Source of the DNA: Takakia lepidozioides
Taxonomy: Eukaryota > Plantae > Bryophyta
Direction: 5' to 3'
DNA length: 64,000 nt
Assembly: GCA_030704615.1 (NCBI GenBank)
Contig: CM060732.1
Span: 37,510,001-37,574,000, forward strand
Position numbers and translations under genes: made by a program. Below the pieces are notes generated by a model. That model had not been told where the DNA came from, did no database searches, and worked only from the letters and a program-made list of their open reading frames with translations. Every line of letters begins with the position of its first letter. The stretch's first letter is position 1. Positions 24,301-38,342 of the stretch are shown piece by piece.

Positions 24301-27300
24301 GGTTGATCTGAGAGCCATCTTTCTATTATTTTTAGATGAGTTCTTGACACTTATGAAAACTAGAATTCCCGATATTTTAATATCTCCCAAGGAAGAGGCC
24401 TTCAGGTTTGCGAAATCAAAAATTTCGGCAGTTACCAGGATGAGGCAGTTTGTCTTTGAGCAATGTGGTGTATTTTGATGTGGGTTTTTTTGGTTGTTGT
24501 TCTTTGTCCCATGGGCTCTCAGACTTCCCTGTGGATGTTGCAACGTTTCGTTCTTCGTTCACAGCGCCATGGAAGTTTTGCATCAAGAACTAACTTGATT
24601 GTATTGCTATACTGATGTTATTTGCCAAGTATTACAATTTACGAGTGCTCACCTCAAGTGCCCCTTTCTCTGCTCCTTGTTTGATATGGACTTGAAAGCA
24701 TGGGCTTTTGAGGCCACACTTCAGTTGATGTTTTTAGTCTAAGCCCCTTTAACAGCTGGGTTTGCTATAATGGGCAAGAGCCAATATACACCCATGTGGA
24801 TTTCAATCCATGACCACATATAAGGTCTTGTCCCCCAACCGCTGGGCCTCTACTGGATGCTTGGACCACTCACATCAAGCTCAATATATTATGTTGGAAT
24901 GTACCATCGTCTCCAGGTCTGTAGTTGCATTTTGAATTTCCTCCTTTCTTTGCTTGTCAGTCCAAATTGACTTGCTGAAGCACTAACTCTGAGGTGCATG
25001 TGTGTGGCAGGCTACAATATTCCCACCGCAGGTCACACAAGATGTGTACCTAGGTAGGTGGCGGAAAGTCCAAATGAATCGGTCAATTAGTGGGTCGACT
25101 CCTCCCTTGAAATTCTACTCAGAGCTGCCCATTGAGTTGGATACTGGAGAGATATGTTATGGCGTGGGTTATGAACCTACTATTGCTGACATAAGTCACG
25201 CATTCACTGTTGCATTGCGAAAAACTGACATCAGTGTCCGCAAAAATGCCTGGCCCACCATGCATTTGTTATCTCCTTTAAATTCTGATGGAGAGCTACA
25301 GAGCAGTGCCACCGTGTTGTCTGTAATTTCTCCCTCCGAGGGTGATACAGTGTGCCAGAGCAACATAATGTCACAGCCTGTGATCTCTCCCTCAAACTCT
25401 GATGCAATCCTTTTGCCCCCACCACCTGTGAAGAAAGAGCGCAGTTTGCCCTGGTGGGATGATATGCGCTACTATGTTCATGGGAAGAATAAGGTGAATG
25501 TTACCAACTTTGAGTGGAGATTTTTAGCCACCACTGACCCGTATGAGGAGAGTAACATGATGCGCTTGGTGGCTAGCACGATGGAGATCTCGCAGTCTGA
25601 AGGTTGTGTTGTGTTCAATGGGAAAGAATTTGGTTTACTGGTTTCCAGTCTGGAGAACATTTCAAGAGGACTAGACTCAACAGTTTACAGCCGAAAGCAA
25701 CCGGTGTTCCTGACATCTCCAATCTTCCAGTTAGAAATTACCATGGACTGGGATTGTGAATCTGGAGCTCCTCTTAACCACTATTTGCATTCATTTCCCA
25801 GTGAGCTAAAGCTGCGTGACAAGGTCTATGACACCTTTAGATCCACTTCCTTTTCCTTGGGATTGCATTTCAGCTTGAAGTCTAGCCCAGCTGAGGTCTC
25901 TAGCGAGGAGATGTCTGGTTCTGTTGGGGATGGAGACAGGTCTAGTCAGAGAGGGCAGTCCTCAGCACCAACGCAGGCTCGCAAAAGTGCCACAAAGCGA
26001 AATCTGCGTGGGTCAGTTTCGCCCTCCTCCAATGAGAGAACAGATGAAGCTGGTACTGATGCTGTTCCCACCATGAATCTGGGGGCTCATGATCTAATCT
26101 GGATATTCAGGTGGTGGAGCCTTTACTACTCTCCTCCCCATAAACTGCGGTCCTTCTCAAGATATTACCGATATGGCGTTAAACGCACCCCACGTTCAGG
26201 AAATCTGTCTCTAGATAAGGTGCTGACTGAGTTCATGTTGAGAGTTGATTCAACACCAGCCTGCGTGAATCATGCCTCACTGGTAGATGATGATCCGGCT
26301 GAGGGCTTGACCTTTGTCATGCAAAAACTCAAGTATGAGCTGTGCTACAGTCGGGGCCGTGGCCACTTCACTCTGGAGAGCAAACGTGATCCACTGGAGC
26401 TAGTCTATCAGGGACTTGACATCCTTATGCTGAAGGCAGAGCTGCACCGTAGTCATTCTTCTGCTTCTATTGATGGAGATATGGCTGACAATTTGCAGAA
26501 GTCTGACATGGTAAAGCAGCTGCTTGGATTGCCTGAAGTGATGGTAAATGAGGCATCGCAGGACCTGACCCGTGTCAGTGAGCGTGAATTTCTGCTTACC
26601 ACAGATTGCTTCACAATACGAAAGCAGGCACCCAAAGCTGATTCAGCACGCTTATCTTTCTGGCAAGAAGGGATGAGACGCCACCTTCGTGTGGAAGCCA
26701 TCCGTCATGTGGGGGTCAACAATGAGAGTGGCAGTGAATTTGCACGCTCTGACCCAAGTGATGACGATGGCTTCAGTGTTGTTTTGGCTGACAATTGTCT
26801 GCGAGTTTCATTGTTTGGCCTAAAACTATTGTGGACCATTGAAAACAGGGATGCTGTGTGGGCCTGGGTTGGAGATATAGCCCAGGCATTTGAATCCCCA
26901 AAGCCCTCCCCTTCCAGGCAGTATGCACAGCGGAAGAGGGTGGAGGAACATAAAAAAAATGTGGGAATAGACAAGGAAGTGAAGGAGACAACCAAGGAGC
27001 TACTCTCTGCACAACAAGCAGAGGGTTCATTCTGCTCCCGAACATCTCCTTCCCACTCATCCAAGACCATTTCATCCACCTCCCCTCAAGGAAAGGTTGA
27101 CGGTTCATTTTCCACTACGCATGGTAATCTACTCGCCCCTCCAGTCTTTTCTCATCTAAGCGTTGAAGATGAGAGTTGAGGGCTGAACAGTCTACTGATC
27201 TTAACTTCTTTGAGTGAGGATGGAAGGGAAGCATCCACTGAAACGTTTCAGTTCAGCCCAAAAGTCTTTAGGAATCTGTGTAGAAGAGTTAGCCACCTCG

Positions 27301-30300
27301 TCATACTTACTAGCAGTGAAGCACCGAATCAATCATTACAGTGACTTGGTCACAAGGTCCGAGTCACATTTTGCGACCTTACTCTGGAAGCACAGCGACA
27401 GAACTTCGTTCCTTATCTGAAAGTTCCTACGTAATTTGACTCAAACCTATTCTTTCTCTTCCAGTGTTTCTGGCCTCAGACATCTATGCTTCTTGTGAAA
27501 TCTAGATTCCCTTGTGTCCATCTCATGGACTTTGTGAATGTATTGGGGGCAATCGTCATGGGTATGAAGTTGTAGCAATGTCTAAAATTAAGGTGGTTGT
27601 TCTATGCATACAGCTCCTATTAAAGAAAAGTGGATTGAAGATGCTGAAGAGGAGGGTACCATGCACTTCATGGTCAATGTGATACAGCCGCAGTTCAATC
27701 TGCATTCAGAGGAGGCCCATGTCTCTCTCTCTCTCTCTCTCTCCCTCCCTCTCTGTCCCCCCCTCTCTCTCTCTGCTTGGGTCTATGGCCACAAGGTGGC
27801 AAACAAAGTCTTATGAGTAAATTATGCTCCATTAGATGCCAAGATTGTGGTCTCTTTAGGGACTCGGTCTTTGGCAGAAGCTTTCAGCTTCTTAGAATAC
27901 CAAGTGCCTGGGAGCCTCACTTCATCTTTTGATGTCCTTTGATGTTTGGTGAAGTGGATCTTTGTTCTTTTACTTTCACCCATGGGCCTCTCGGTGCCAT
28001 GTAGAGGTTTAAAGTTCTTTCTTTGCTCGAGTGTGCAGTTTTGTTGAGCGCAATGGACTCTCTATTGCGTCGCTACAAATCCAGAAGGGGTGGAAATCAC
28101 ATCCAAACAGGATCGCAACAGACTCATTAGAAGGGAACTTATGGAACTACATGTCAGGAGAACTTGGAAGCTACCCAATCGCACAACAAAACTCCATTTC
28201 TATCGAGAGACATTCTTGGTTCTCCATGATGATAGAATCTTGCAGCCCACTTACCTTTTGGCGCCTTTGCCTCCTTCCCTCATGAGGGCATTGGGGTAGT
28301 TCAGGGTGGGCTCCCACAATCTACGGATAGAGACTGGTAGATGGGAAAACCTGCAACGGGAGGACCGCCTACGCCTAGCTTGCACCGGCTACCAGGAAAT
28401 TGAAACTGAAGAACACTACTTCTTTATTGCCCTCGATATTATGAGATCCGTGGGAGATTCCACTGTCTATTCCGTGGAACTCAATCTCTCACTGATGTCT
28501 TCCACTATGAGGATCATGGCAGCTTACCTGCATGAGGCCTTAACCCTTAGACAATCCCTCGAGCAGTAGTTGCTTTTGGGCTGTTTTTTGGTCTGGTTTT
28601 GTTTCCTCTCTCTTGTTTTTTCCATTTTGTCCCATAAGCTCTTGGAGTTTTCCGCGGATGTCATAAAGTACCATTTCATTTCATTTTTCATTTCATTTGA
28701 TGCGGACTGCCTGTTGGTCAACTCTGTGCCCTGGGCCCGAAGGGCTGACACCTAGTGTTATAAAGACCTGTTTCTCTTCCTTTCTTGTGTCCTGAAATGG
28801 TCATTTCCTTGTTCTACCCTGTCCCACGGGCCTTGTGGCCCTGTGGACGTTATGAAGCTTCTTTCTTTCTTTCTGCGGATATTATAAGGTATCATTTCAT
28901 TTCATGTCCTGGACCATTTTTAAGGTTTTTCCTCTTTACTGTTAGTGGATGTGTCCCATGGGCTCCACTGCGTATGCATTTTCTTTCATTTTTTCTTTGC
29001 TATCATACTTTAGAGTGATTGGAAAGGATTTTTGGTTATCGTGTACTGCCTCATGCCCATGAAGCATGGGGCACGGTGTTTGGAGATGTTCATATCATGT
29101 GCTGGTCTTCTTGTGTCTGGAGGACAACCATGATGCAGCAGCTGTAGGTCTCAGCTATGTCCTTCAATGTGCAGGGCCGCGTTTTGCTGGCAGCAGCAAG
29201 TGGACGTGTGTTGGCGCGCTCTTTCCATTCCATAGTGTACGTGGGGTTGGAGATGATAGCACAGGGGCTAGGTTCAGGGAGGACGTCCGCAGGCTTAGTG
29301 GGGCTGCCAGTCATTGCTTGGAAACGGCGGGAGCTCTCTGTGCTTCTGGAACATGTTCAGGCTCATATTGCTCCTACGGATGTGGACCCAGGAGCTGGGC
29401 TCCAGTGGTTGCCCAGGATTCCCACAGAGACACCGAAAGTGAAGCGAACTGGGACGTTGTTAGAGCGAGTCTTTATTCCCTGCACCATGTACTTCCAGTA
29501 CACTCGCCACAAGGGTGGCACCACTGACTGCAAGGTGTGGTTTCAATGTTGAGATTCACCAAGTTTTTTGCTACAACCATTTTCTACATACCAGACAATT
29601 TGGAATAGGTAGACCAATGGTCTATGTGATGAGGTAAATGAAATACTCGTTTTTCTGTGGAGATAAAATAACTATTCAATTAATTGATGTATAGTAACAA
29701 GTTGATCTGTATGTAAGGTCTTCCTTTCACAGTGGACCAGGATATGATCAGTTCACCATGGGTGTAGACATTCAAAGGGACTTGAAATCAAGTGGCCACT
29801 TTGGCAGAAAGGTTTAATCTAATCATGCCATGTAGAGGAACAAAGTAAATGAAATGTAAAGTGGTAAGGTGTACAAGAAAGCAAGCATTTAGTTTGGGTG
29901 ATTTCTTCTTGTGGATGCAGTGGAAGCCTCTGAAGGAGTTGTCATTTAACTCTCCAAACATTACAGCAACCATGACATCTCGACAATTCCAGATCATGGT
30001 GGATGTTATCAGTAATTTACTGCTTGCCAGACTTCCAAAGTAAGTGTTTCCAGTTTGAAAGCCAACATAATGTGTTTGCTTTAAGTTAATTGGCCCAGCG
30101 TGTGTCTGACTATTTTGTCAATCCTTTGCTGAAACGGTGTGTGCCTGTGCTAAAAACTGCACGCTTCAGCATACCAGGAGTGCTTGAAATCTGCTGTTTT
30201 GAGCCTAATAGATGTTGCGAGGGCTCTTGCCACGAGCCCCTTGGGTGGGAGGGCTTGTAACCTTTTAAGAAGGATTGTAAGCCGGAAGAGGGCCTCGGGT

Positions 30301-33300
30301 TGAAGTGGCACGCATGCAAACTCTGCACATAGATGCGAGATGGAGTTGTGCCTCTGGTGCCAAGCATTGCTTGGAGGAAAGATGACTGCAATGGTTCCAG
30401 ATTTTTTTCCCACCAGGTGCCCAGAACTCACAACCATAAGTGGCGGCCGGGGTGATAACGCTGTCAAATAGCCACTTTTTGGTTGGGGGCGGGGGGTGGG
30501 TGGGCCTGGGGCACATTAGAAGAACAAGAAAACTACATCATAAGACTACAACCACGGCCAGAGATGAAGTGTTCCATGCAGGTAAGCTTCAGTACTTCAG
30601 GTCCTCAAGCTGAAGGCCTCACCCAAAGATGGGACGTCTGTAAAGAGACTCTGCCCCAAATCTGATAGGATCCAGGAGAGAAGAACGGGACTCTACTTGT
30701 TTCTAGACCTGCTGATTGAGACAGGATGATGGAACAGCACACCCAGGATGGTATGATTATAAGTTATCCTGATGATGAGGAGACTATTGTTGTAGCATCA
30801 GGGAGTGGATGAGAGTTGATGCTCATGTCTCCATGTTTGTTGCACATTGATCCTCCTGTGATCCTCTAGATGACCCATACATTAGTGTGCTTGGCGAGGA
30901 TGACCCCAGCTAGGGACAAAGTTGAGATCTTTATAGTTGTGTCACCCAAGGAATCTGCTCTCATGCTGAACCAACAGGGTGTGATCTTTGGTCTGTTGAT
31001 CTTTTGGACTATTAAAAAGCCTGAACTGGCAGCCAGCGGGTTGTTAAAGAGCAGACGCAGTGAAGAGATATTATGATTGTGAAGATTTCTTGAGTGGGAG
31101 AGTGTCAAACTCAGTCCAAATTATAGCAGATGATTTTGTTTACTTTGCTCCAATCATTCACCGCAGGAAAGAGGCTGGCAGCAGCTTTAGCAGTTTGTGC
31201 CACTGAGTTGAGCTGAGCCTAGGCCATGAGAGCTCACAAGCAGAATAGCCAATTGTGCAGATAGGTATCACAAACGTGGATCTGGCGACATAGTCTTGTG
31301 GCCGTTGGGATGCAGCTGAGCCTCTGCTTGGTCTATGGAGGAGGCAGTCAGCACATTCTAGAGGAAGTTGGGAGGTGAATCTACTCTGGATTGACTTTTG
31401 ATATCCTTTTGGGGCAGGCCAAGAAGGAACAAGCACTATGAGGAGGAAGGCATGGAGGAGGAGGCTGATGAGGTAGTGCCGGAAGGTGTGGAGGAGGTAG
31501 AACTGGCACGCATTAAACTGGAGCAGGCCCAGCGTGAGTGTCGCCTTCTCTTTCGTGACCTCCGCACACTCCGCCACCATGACTTGGTGGGTGACATGAG
31601 GACCATCAATTCGCCTCTACCAGAGGAAGGGGCCCTGTGGATGATTTCCAGTGCCAGATCTGCCCTGGTATGCTGGCTACTACTAGTTCTGACAGATATG
31701 CAACTGGTAGTATCTTATCTAGGGTAGATTGGAGTTTCTGTGGCACGATGCAGGCGGTTTTGCTTACAAGGTCTTCATAGTTACTTAGACAAATAGCCCT
31801 TGTTCGTTGGTTCTCACCTTCTTTAGTGCTAAGCAAATGCAGTCTGCTTGCAGCTCTGGCATGGCTGTCATTAACAAAAGTTACCCTTTTGTTCAAGAAT
31901 CAAAAGATGCTTAGGTCCTTGGAAGATGGGGTGTTCAGTAGTTAATGTTTGATATTAAAATTCGTTTGAAGTCCTTGAGGTGAAGAAACAAATGACATTT
32001 AACGTTCATGGAGGGCCTGAAGCTGTATGGACAATGGACAGATAGGACTAGCTGGTCTCAAAGCATGCAGCAGAGTCCTCAGAGGAAGATGTGGTTGCAG
32101 AAGGTGCCAGAGGGGTGAACACAATCCTAATTGAATGTCTTGGTTTGGATGATTGGAGTAGGCACGAAAGCTGGAGCTTGAGTTTGCAGTCAAGTGCAAA
32201 GCTAGAAAAGCAGCACGGGTGGCTCTTAGGTTTGCTTTGCAACATGCAGCCCAGCAGCAGTTGATGGCAAAAGAGAAGAACAGAAGTCCATCAGCAGCCA
32301 TGCGAATCTCATGGGCTTTTGACAAGCTGGTGTGGAGCATGTTGTGCGATGGAGAATCATTTGCAGAGGCTGAGATCAACAACATGGTCAGTTTAAAGTA
32401 AATGTTTGGTTTTGGTGGGTTGGATCTGCTGTATGGTACATAGACCATGCATAATGTTCTTAGGGAATCTACTGTCATCACCCAATAAAACCAACATACA
32501 GGGGCCATGACTATGTGGCGTGTGCTTCATGAGTAACCTTGAACTGATACTTTTTTAGGACACATGTGTCTTCTCTTCTAAGGATGTTTTCTCACGATGG
32601 TCCTGTATTCTGTCTAGGAAAGAGAATAAGATGCAGCAAGTTGGAGTCCAAGGTCCATCAAGAGCTGGCCAGACTTATATTTTATAGGCTCAAACTTGGC
32701 ATGTCAGCACCGGTCTGAAGTACATTCTGAAGAGGAGCACTGATTAAAGTTGTGGAAGTTGATTTTGCAGATTCTAAATGTAGATCGGGATTTCAAAGAC
32801 ATTGGGGTAGCACGCTTTACTATCAAGTCCTTTGTTGTGAAGAATGGCTTGGCTAGAGCCAAGTCCAAGGCTGTGCTGTCTGCTTGGAATCCTCCTGCTG
32901 AATGGGGCAGGTTTGTGTCCTATCTCTTTATAGATTCCCATTCTAACAGAGGCCTTCAGCTTTGAAGATCCAAAGTGCCTCACAGCCTACCTGCTTGAGG
33001 CCCTTAATCTTAGGGCATCACTTGATGTATCCTAAGGTGGTCCGTGGAAGCAATAAAATCCATTCCTGATCTGTGCCTCCTGTGAAATTTTTACTTCTTG
33101 CTTTTTGTTGTTATGTTGTCCCGTGGGTTCTTTGGTCCCCCCAAGGATGCTATAAAGTTTCTTCTCTTCTTTCACCGGATGGAAAGTTTGCAAACAAAAC
33201 TTAAACAAAACCTTGGCAAGCTAAAACATGCAGCAGAGCTGGGGGACAATGGACACACCAGACACAAACAAGACCAATGCAGTGTGGTCAAGGAAACCAC

Positions 33301-36300
33301 CTTGCCAGAAACGGCAACCCCAGCTGAAGGGAGAAGCAAAAACCCGAGGCAGCGAGAGATGTCCCTCAAAGCAGGAGACCACAGCACACAATCCTACTAA
33401 CCTGGGAAGGCCAACTGGACCAACAAGAAGTGTTGTTCTTGAAAGAGTCTTATCACCATCCAAGTTCCTTCTTCCCTCCCCTCCTTCCTTGGGGCCCCCT
33501 TCCAGCTGGTTCAATGTTTTTAGTGTCTCTTTCTCCTGGCCGTTGCTCAGAAATCGAGGCAATGAAGTGGCCTAAAAAATGTGGGAGTCCAGATTTTTGA
33601 CATTGGTGGGTAGTGTGTAGTTGTTGGCTCCTATCTCTGTTTACATCTGCCAAGTAGATTCTTAATTTCTTAAGCAGTTCACTGACTGATTACTTGTTGG
33701 CTACAGAAATTCCATGCTTCGTGTTGATGCCAAGCAGGGCGCACCTAAGGATGGGCGATCACCGTTATTGCTCTTTGAGGTCTGTCTCTGTGTCTCTCTC
33801 CGGTCAAAAACATACAACTTTGCCTGAAATAGAGAAAGAAACAAAGCAATGTCATAATATCCACGGGATGCTCAAAGACCTTATGTGACAAAAGAAATAA
33901 AAAGAATGTAGGTCTGCAGGAGGCCCACAGCCTAAGGGGAACAAGTAGGTTAAATACTAGAGACACATCAAAAGACAGTGACCAACAGAATTGAACCACA
34001 GCAACCAAAACGAAGTACAAACCACATGAAGGAAGAGAGGAAGCATTCTAAACGTCTTACTTTTACCAGATATGTTGTCTGCCAATTACAGGTAATGGCT
34101 GTACATTTCTTACTGGGCTCTGCATGTAGGTGCTTCCCAAGTTGGAAAGGGCATTCCAAAACCTCTCAGCAAGATTCAACTTCTGAATCATTCTTTACAG
34201 ATGAACTGAGTAATTAACCAATAGTTATCCAAGTTTCTGTTTGAGCATTGTATGTGTAGCTTTGTGGACAGCTGAGGTCGGATAATGCAATGTACATCTC
34301 GTGAAAGCTGGTGTCCACCATGTCATGCAGGTGGATATCTACCCTTTACGCATACACTTGACTGAGACCATGTATGCTATGATGTGGGAGTACCTTTTTC
34401 CTGAAGATGAGCAAGACGTGAAACGCCAGGTGATAACCTTTTGCATCTGTTTCAAACCAAGTAATCTGAGAATTGAGGGTTCTCCTTTGTGTAGGTATGT
34501 TGAAAGTGTAAAACATTAAATTAGAGAATAGTGCTGTCTCGAGATATTTGGGAATCTCCTACATGTGTTGTGATCCCTGTGATTGCTGCATTTACTGTAG
34601 GAATGGGTTGTGCTTGAAGTGGGCAGAGATTTGAAGTTCTCAGCCAAAATTTATGATTCCCATGATGAGAGCATACGGTAACTGGTGGTTGCAGTGGCAA
34701 TTGTCATATTTTCTAGGTAAACAACCATGAAAAGCGAAATAAGAAAATTTCCATGCACCATCATGAGTACCTTACCCCCAAATATACAACATGGAACAGG
34801 TGCGCAGTGGGGCACTCCAAAAGTAAGGTTTGCACACATTATTTGAGAAGGTGTGCTCTTGGACAGACAATTAGGAGTTTCCAAGGCCCAGTGCACAGTC
34901 TACAATGATATAACACTGCAGTTGAGAGGCTGTGAATGCCAAGGGTAAGATGAGTGATAGAATCTGGATTTGCTGGGATGAAAACGGTGTTCCAATGGAT
35001 GAAAGCGATCTGGCTTAAAAAGGGCCACATAACAATTAAGACCTCAACAGGGCCAGGGGATTAGGCTCAGCCTTGAGATTTTGACAATTGGTAAACAGAG
35101 GTGCAGGGACTAGGTCTTCAGCCTCCTGGCACATCAGGCATTCACAATCTCCCTTTCCTCTCTGCATCTGTTCAAAGGTAGACAACCTGCCCTGAGTTTA
35201 AAATTCAGTCTAGTGCCAAGGGTGGGCGGGCCCTTCAGGTAAAGGTCCTCACTCATGCCACAGACTGGAAAAAAGTTTAGGGAGGTTTTCTGCCTTACTT
35301 CGTTAGAGAGAGAGAGGGAGAGAGATTAAAAAAAGATAGCAGGAAGGAGGAACCAAAAGGTTAAGAGACTGAGGAGAGGAGAAGTGTATGCTTCACACAC
35401 AGCAGATTGATGCTTGTGTGAAGGGCTTTCGAGAAGAAATCTGGGCATCCAAACAAAGTGTTTATATCAAGGTAAGTCCCACTACTGGAGTGAGCCCCTC
35501 ACAAAGGTAGTGTCTGTTCCCTCTTGTTCAGCCCAAACTGGGCAGGTCTATGGCCTCATGGCCATGGCAAACAATGTATTACAAGTGTACTCCCTCCCTC
35601 CCTCCCCCCCTCTCTCTCTCTGGTGGGTGCGAACCCCATTAGTTTCCCGCGGGGTCAATGGCTGTAAGGCTATGGCAAGCCAACATTCGCGGGGAATGGC
35701 ATGAGTACATTCTCTGGCTCAATGGCCATGGGGGGGCGCCTGGTAGCAGGAGGTCTGGAGGGTGTCAACAGCAGCTGTCACAAAGCGAGGGGGACGACGA
35801 GCCACAGCTGTGACTGAACGGAGCAGCCTGGAGGCCTCTGCTGGTGGGAAAATCAGTTTGTCTGGCTCTGGGCTCTCGCTGGTCCCCCATGCCCTTCATG
35901 GGGAACATTCACGTGCAGACTTCTTGATGGCTGCTCAAACATTGGAGGTGTGATTGTCATTGCCTTTCCCTCTCTTTCAATATTGTGCTTGCTAGTGGTC
36001 TTTGGATGAATGGTAAGTCATGAACACTGTCCCTGTGTACTGATACGGCTTCTCCACATACAAAGTTTGTATACAAATACAAAAAGAAACATACTAGTTC
36101 AATTTTTACTCAGGGGTCTTCTTAACAACACAGAGCATTTGAGAGCAGGCCCACTTAATCAGAATACTGGTAATGCAATACACCGTCACCTACATCATCC
36201 AGCAGTGCAGGGTGAATGCACAAAGTAAATACATGATTTGTTATGGAACAGGTCTACCTGTTGTTTCAGGTGTGGGAGCTTCCTACTTAGATCTATGTCC

Positions 36301-38342
36301 TAGTACGGTGCTGTGCAGGTAACAAAGTCACAACAGCTACGGAAGTCCACTACAGCAGCAGGCATTGTGGAGCAGGGACAGACATCATCTTCAGATAGAT
36401 TGGAGGACATGGAGGTTGACATGACAACGGAGGAGATGATTGTAAAGTCACATAGGCAGGGTTCCTCACTCCGCAACTCGTCCTCCTCCACGCCACGCCA
36501 TGATGTGCCGCCCATGGCGTCCACGACCACCTCCAATGGCCCCACCACAAGTGCTGAGGTTGGTGGATCGATCAAGTCCAAGGAACGCCGACCCAGCAAG
36601 TTCAGCAAAGCCTCATCACAAGAAGAGAAAAAAGAATCAAGCACGAGAAATAGCTTCCTGGAGTTCCACAACATTAAGATCAGCCAGGTGGTTTGTTATG
36701 TAGGTAGAGAGTGAACTTTTCCTCGCTAGAAGTTGCATTGGCCAGAATTATACCGCCAGGTTCATTCAAGCCATCAAGTCTTGAGCAGAATCATTCTGCC
36801 TTTAGTGGCTTCTTTGGTGCGAGGTGGTTTGCTCAAAGGCCTTCCCCTAGTCTGTCTGCACTTGGTGTCACTTTCCCGTAGCCCTGTCAGGGTCTGCTGA
36901 GGAGTGAGGTTGAGTTGACTGTCAATAACCTGGCCTTTTCTCCACTCTCACCTCTTGGTTTGTCAAGGTTGTGATCACAGTTTTTGGTTTGTACAGTTTC
37001 ATGTTCCCCCTTTCCTCAAAAAGAAGTACCAACAAGGGAAAAGAAAGGAGTGGGAGTTACAGAAAATATAGGGTTATCCAGCTTTTACATCAATTGGTTT
37101 AATGTGTCGAGGGAGGTCAGCTGACATTAAAGAACTTTGGGTGCAGGTGGAGCTACTGGTTACGTATGAAGGATCTCGATTTGCTGTGAGTGATTTGCGG
37201 CTTTTGATGGACACCTTCACACGTGTCGAGTTGACTGGTAGTTGGCGCCGCCTCTTTTCCAAGGTCAAGAAGCACATCATCTGGAGTGTTCTCAAATCTG
37301 TGACTGGCATGCAGGTACATACCCTTCTACTTCTTTCCCCTCTCTCACTATTTCTCGAAGCTCTTTATAGATCACTCTCTTTCTTGGCCTCTGTCGTTGG
37401 AAAGATGTGACGAACAGCACTTGCCTATCTTCGAAGTAGGGGCAGTATACATGTCAAAGCTACCAGAGGTTGAGGGAATGGAGGAGTGCTTGATGAAATG
37501 GAATGGAAAGTTCTGTAGCTCCCTGTGGATGGTTGATAGAAGTTGCTTCTTCTCAAGTGGCCTTCCTTTGGCTCTAAGTGGTAATACAGCATCAATGGGA
37601 TCACAGGCTGAGTTTAAATCAGTTCTGTTTAAGTTGAAATGTGTGTGCTAACTTGGTCTGGTGATTAGGTGGGGTTGTGGGTTCCGGGAATGTGTATGGA
37701 GCTTAGTGATGAACTCAGAATTTTTACCTCTTTCACCCGTTTCCTAACTTATTGATCATTCTTGCCAGTTTCTTCAACTTTTTGGCAGGATCGGAAAAAA
37801 GACAAGTTTTTCTCATTGTGACAAAGGGTGGCGTGGGTTAGACAGTTAAGAAGGCAGATGCAAGTACTAGTGTTTGGTGCACTTTTGGGCAGCAAATGAG
37901 GTGCTTTCTGTGAATACTTTGTGGGTTTGATATGCAGGGAAAGAAGTTCAAGGATAAGTTACCAGCCCAAGGTCAGGCAGATGATATATATCCAGACAGT
38001 GACTCGAACTCAAGTGACAGTACAGGGAGTCATGTGGTCTCCGGAGAGCAGTTTCCAATAAAGCATCGGAAGCAAAGTGATCGGGCAGGTGAGGGCTTTG
38101 TGTCCTCCATAAGAGGCCTATTTAATTCACAGCGCCGTAAAGCTAAAGCACTAGTGTTGCGCACCATGAGGGGGCCAGATGGTTTGGAGGACCTCAATGA
38201 CTCTAGTAGCGAGGATGAGGCTGCCATATCGAAGTCTCCCCGAGGGCACGGCAGTATCAGTAAGGCAAAGCGCCTTCTGCAGCGTCAGGCCCGCAAACTC
38301 CGCCCACCTAACCGCCCCAAAGGTCAAACTTCTCTCTATTAG
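15326..38342 (+). CDS. SAB: SABRE/KINKY POLLEN-like bridge-like lipid transfer protein (BLTP2/Hobbit/Fmp27 family), ~22 exons
   Basis: Approximate GT-AG exons: 15326-15396, 15997-16108, 17676-17963, 18435-18709, 18943-19180, 19709-19876, 20351-20428, 20721-20996, 21440-23551, 25011-~27124, ~27614-27720, 29175-29534, 29921-30039, 31418-31667, 32162-32386, 32771-32910, 33706-33779, 34331-34428, 35749-35948, 36319-36687, 37147-37314, 37938-38322/38342. The N-terminal TM segment is [23 protein letters not shown]. Family motifs include [89 protein letters not shown] and [24 protein letters not shown]. The true last exon is uncertain. Confidence 0.93.
28020..28569 (+). mobile_element. LINE 3' remnant (RTE-X/L2-like C-terminal Cys/His domain) in a SABRE intron
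   Basis: [42 protein letters not shown] matches the LxIExGRW..RxxRxCxxC..E.E.H.F motif of non-L1 LINEs. The frame is disrupted. Confidence 0.7.
30170..30720 (-). mobile_element. LINE ORF2 remnant (post-RT region) in a SABRE intron
   Basis: [20 protein letters not shown] resembles the LFxxxVxPxxxYGxExW motif that follows the RT domain in RTE/CR1-like LINEs. Boundaries are approximate. Confidence 0.6.

Noticed and set aside
21260-27179. 852-aa and 725-aa ORFs as independent genes
   Set aside because: They are the two large internal exons of SABRE, with intronic run-ons at their ends.
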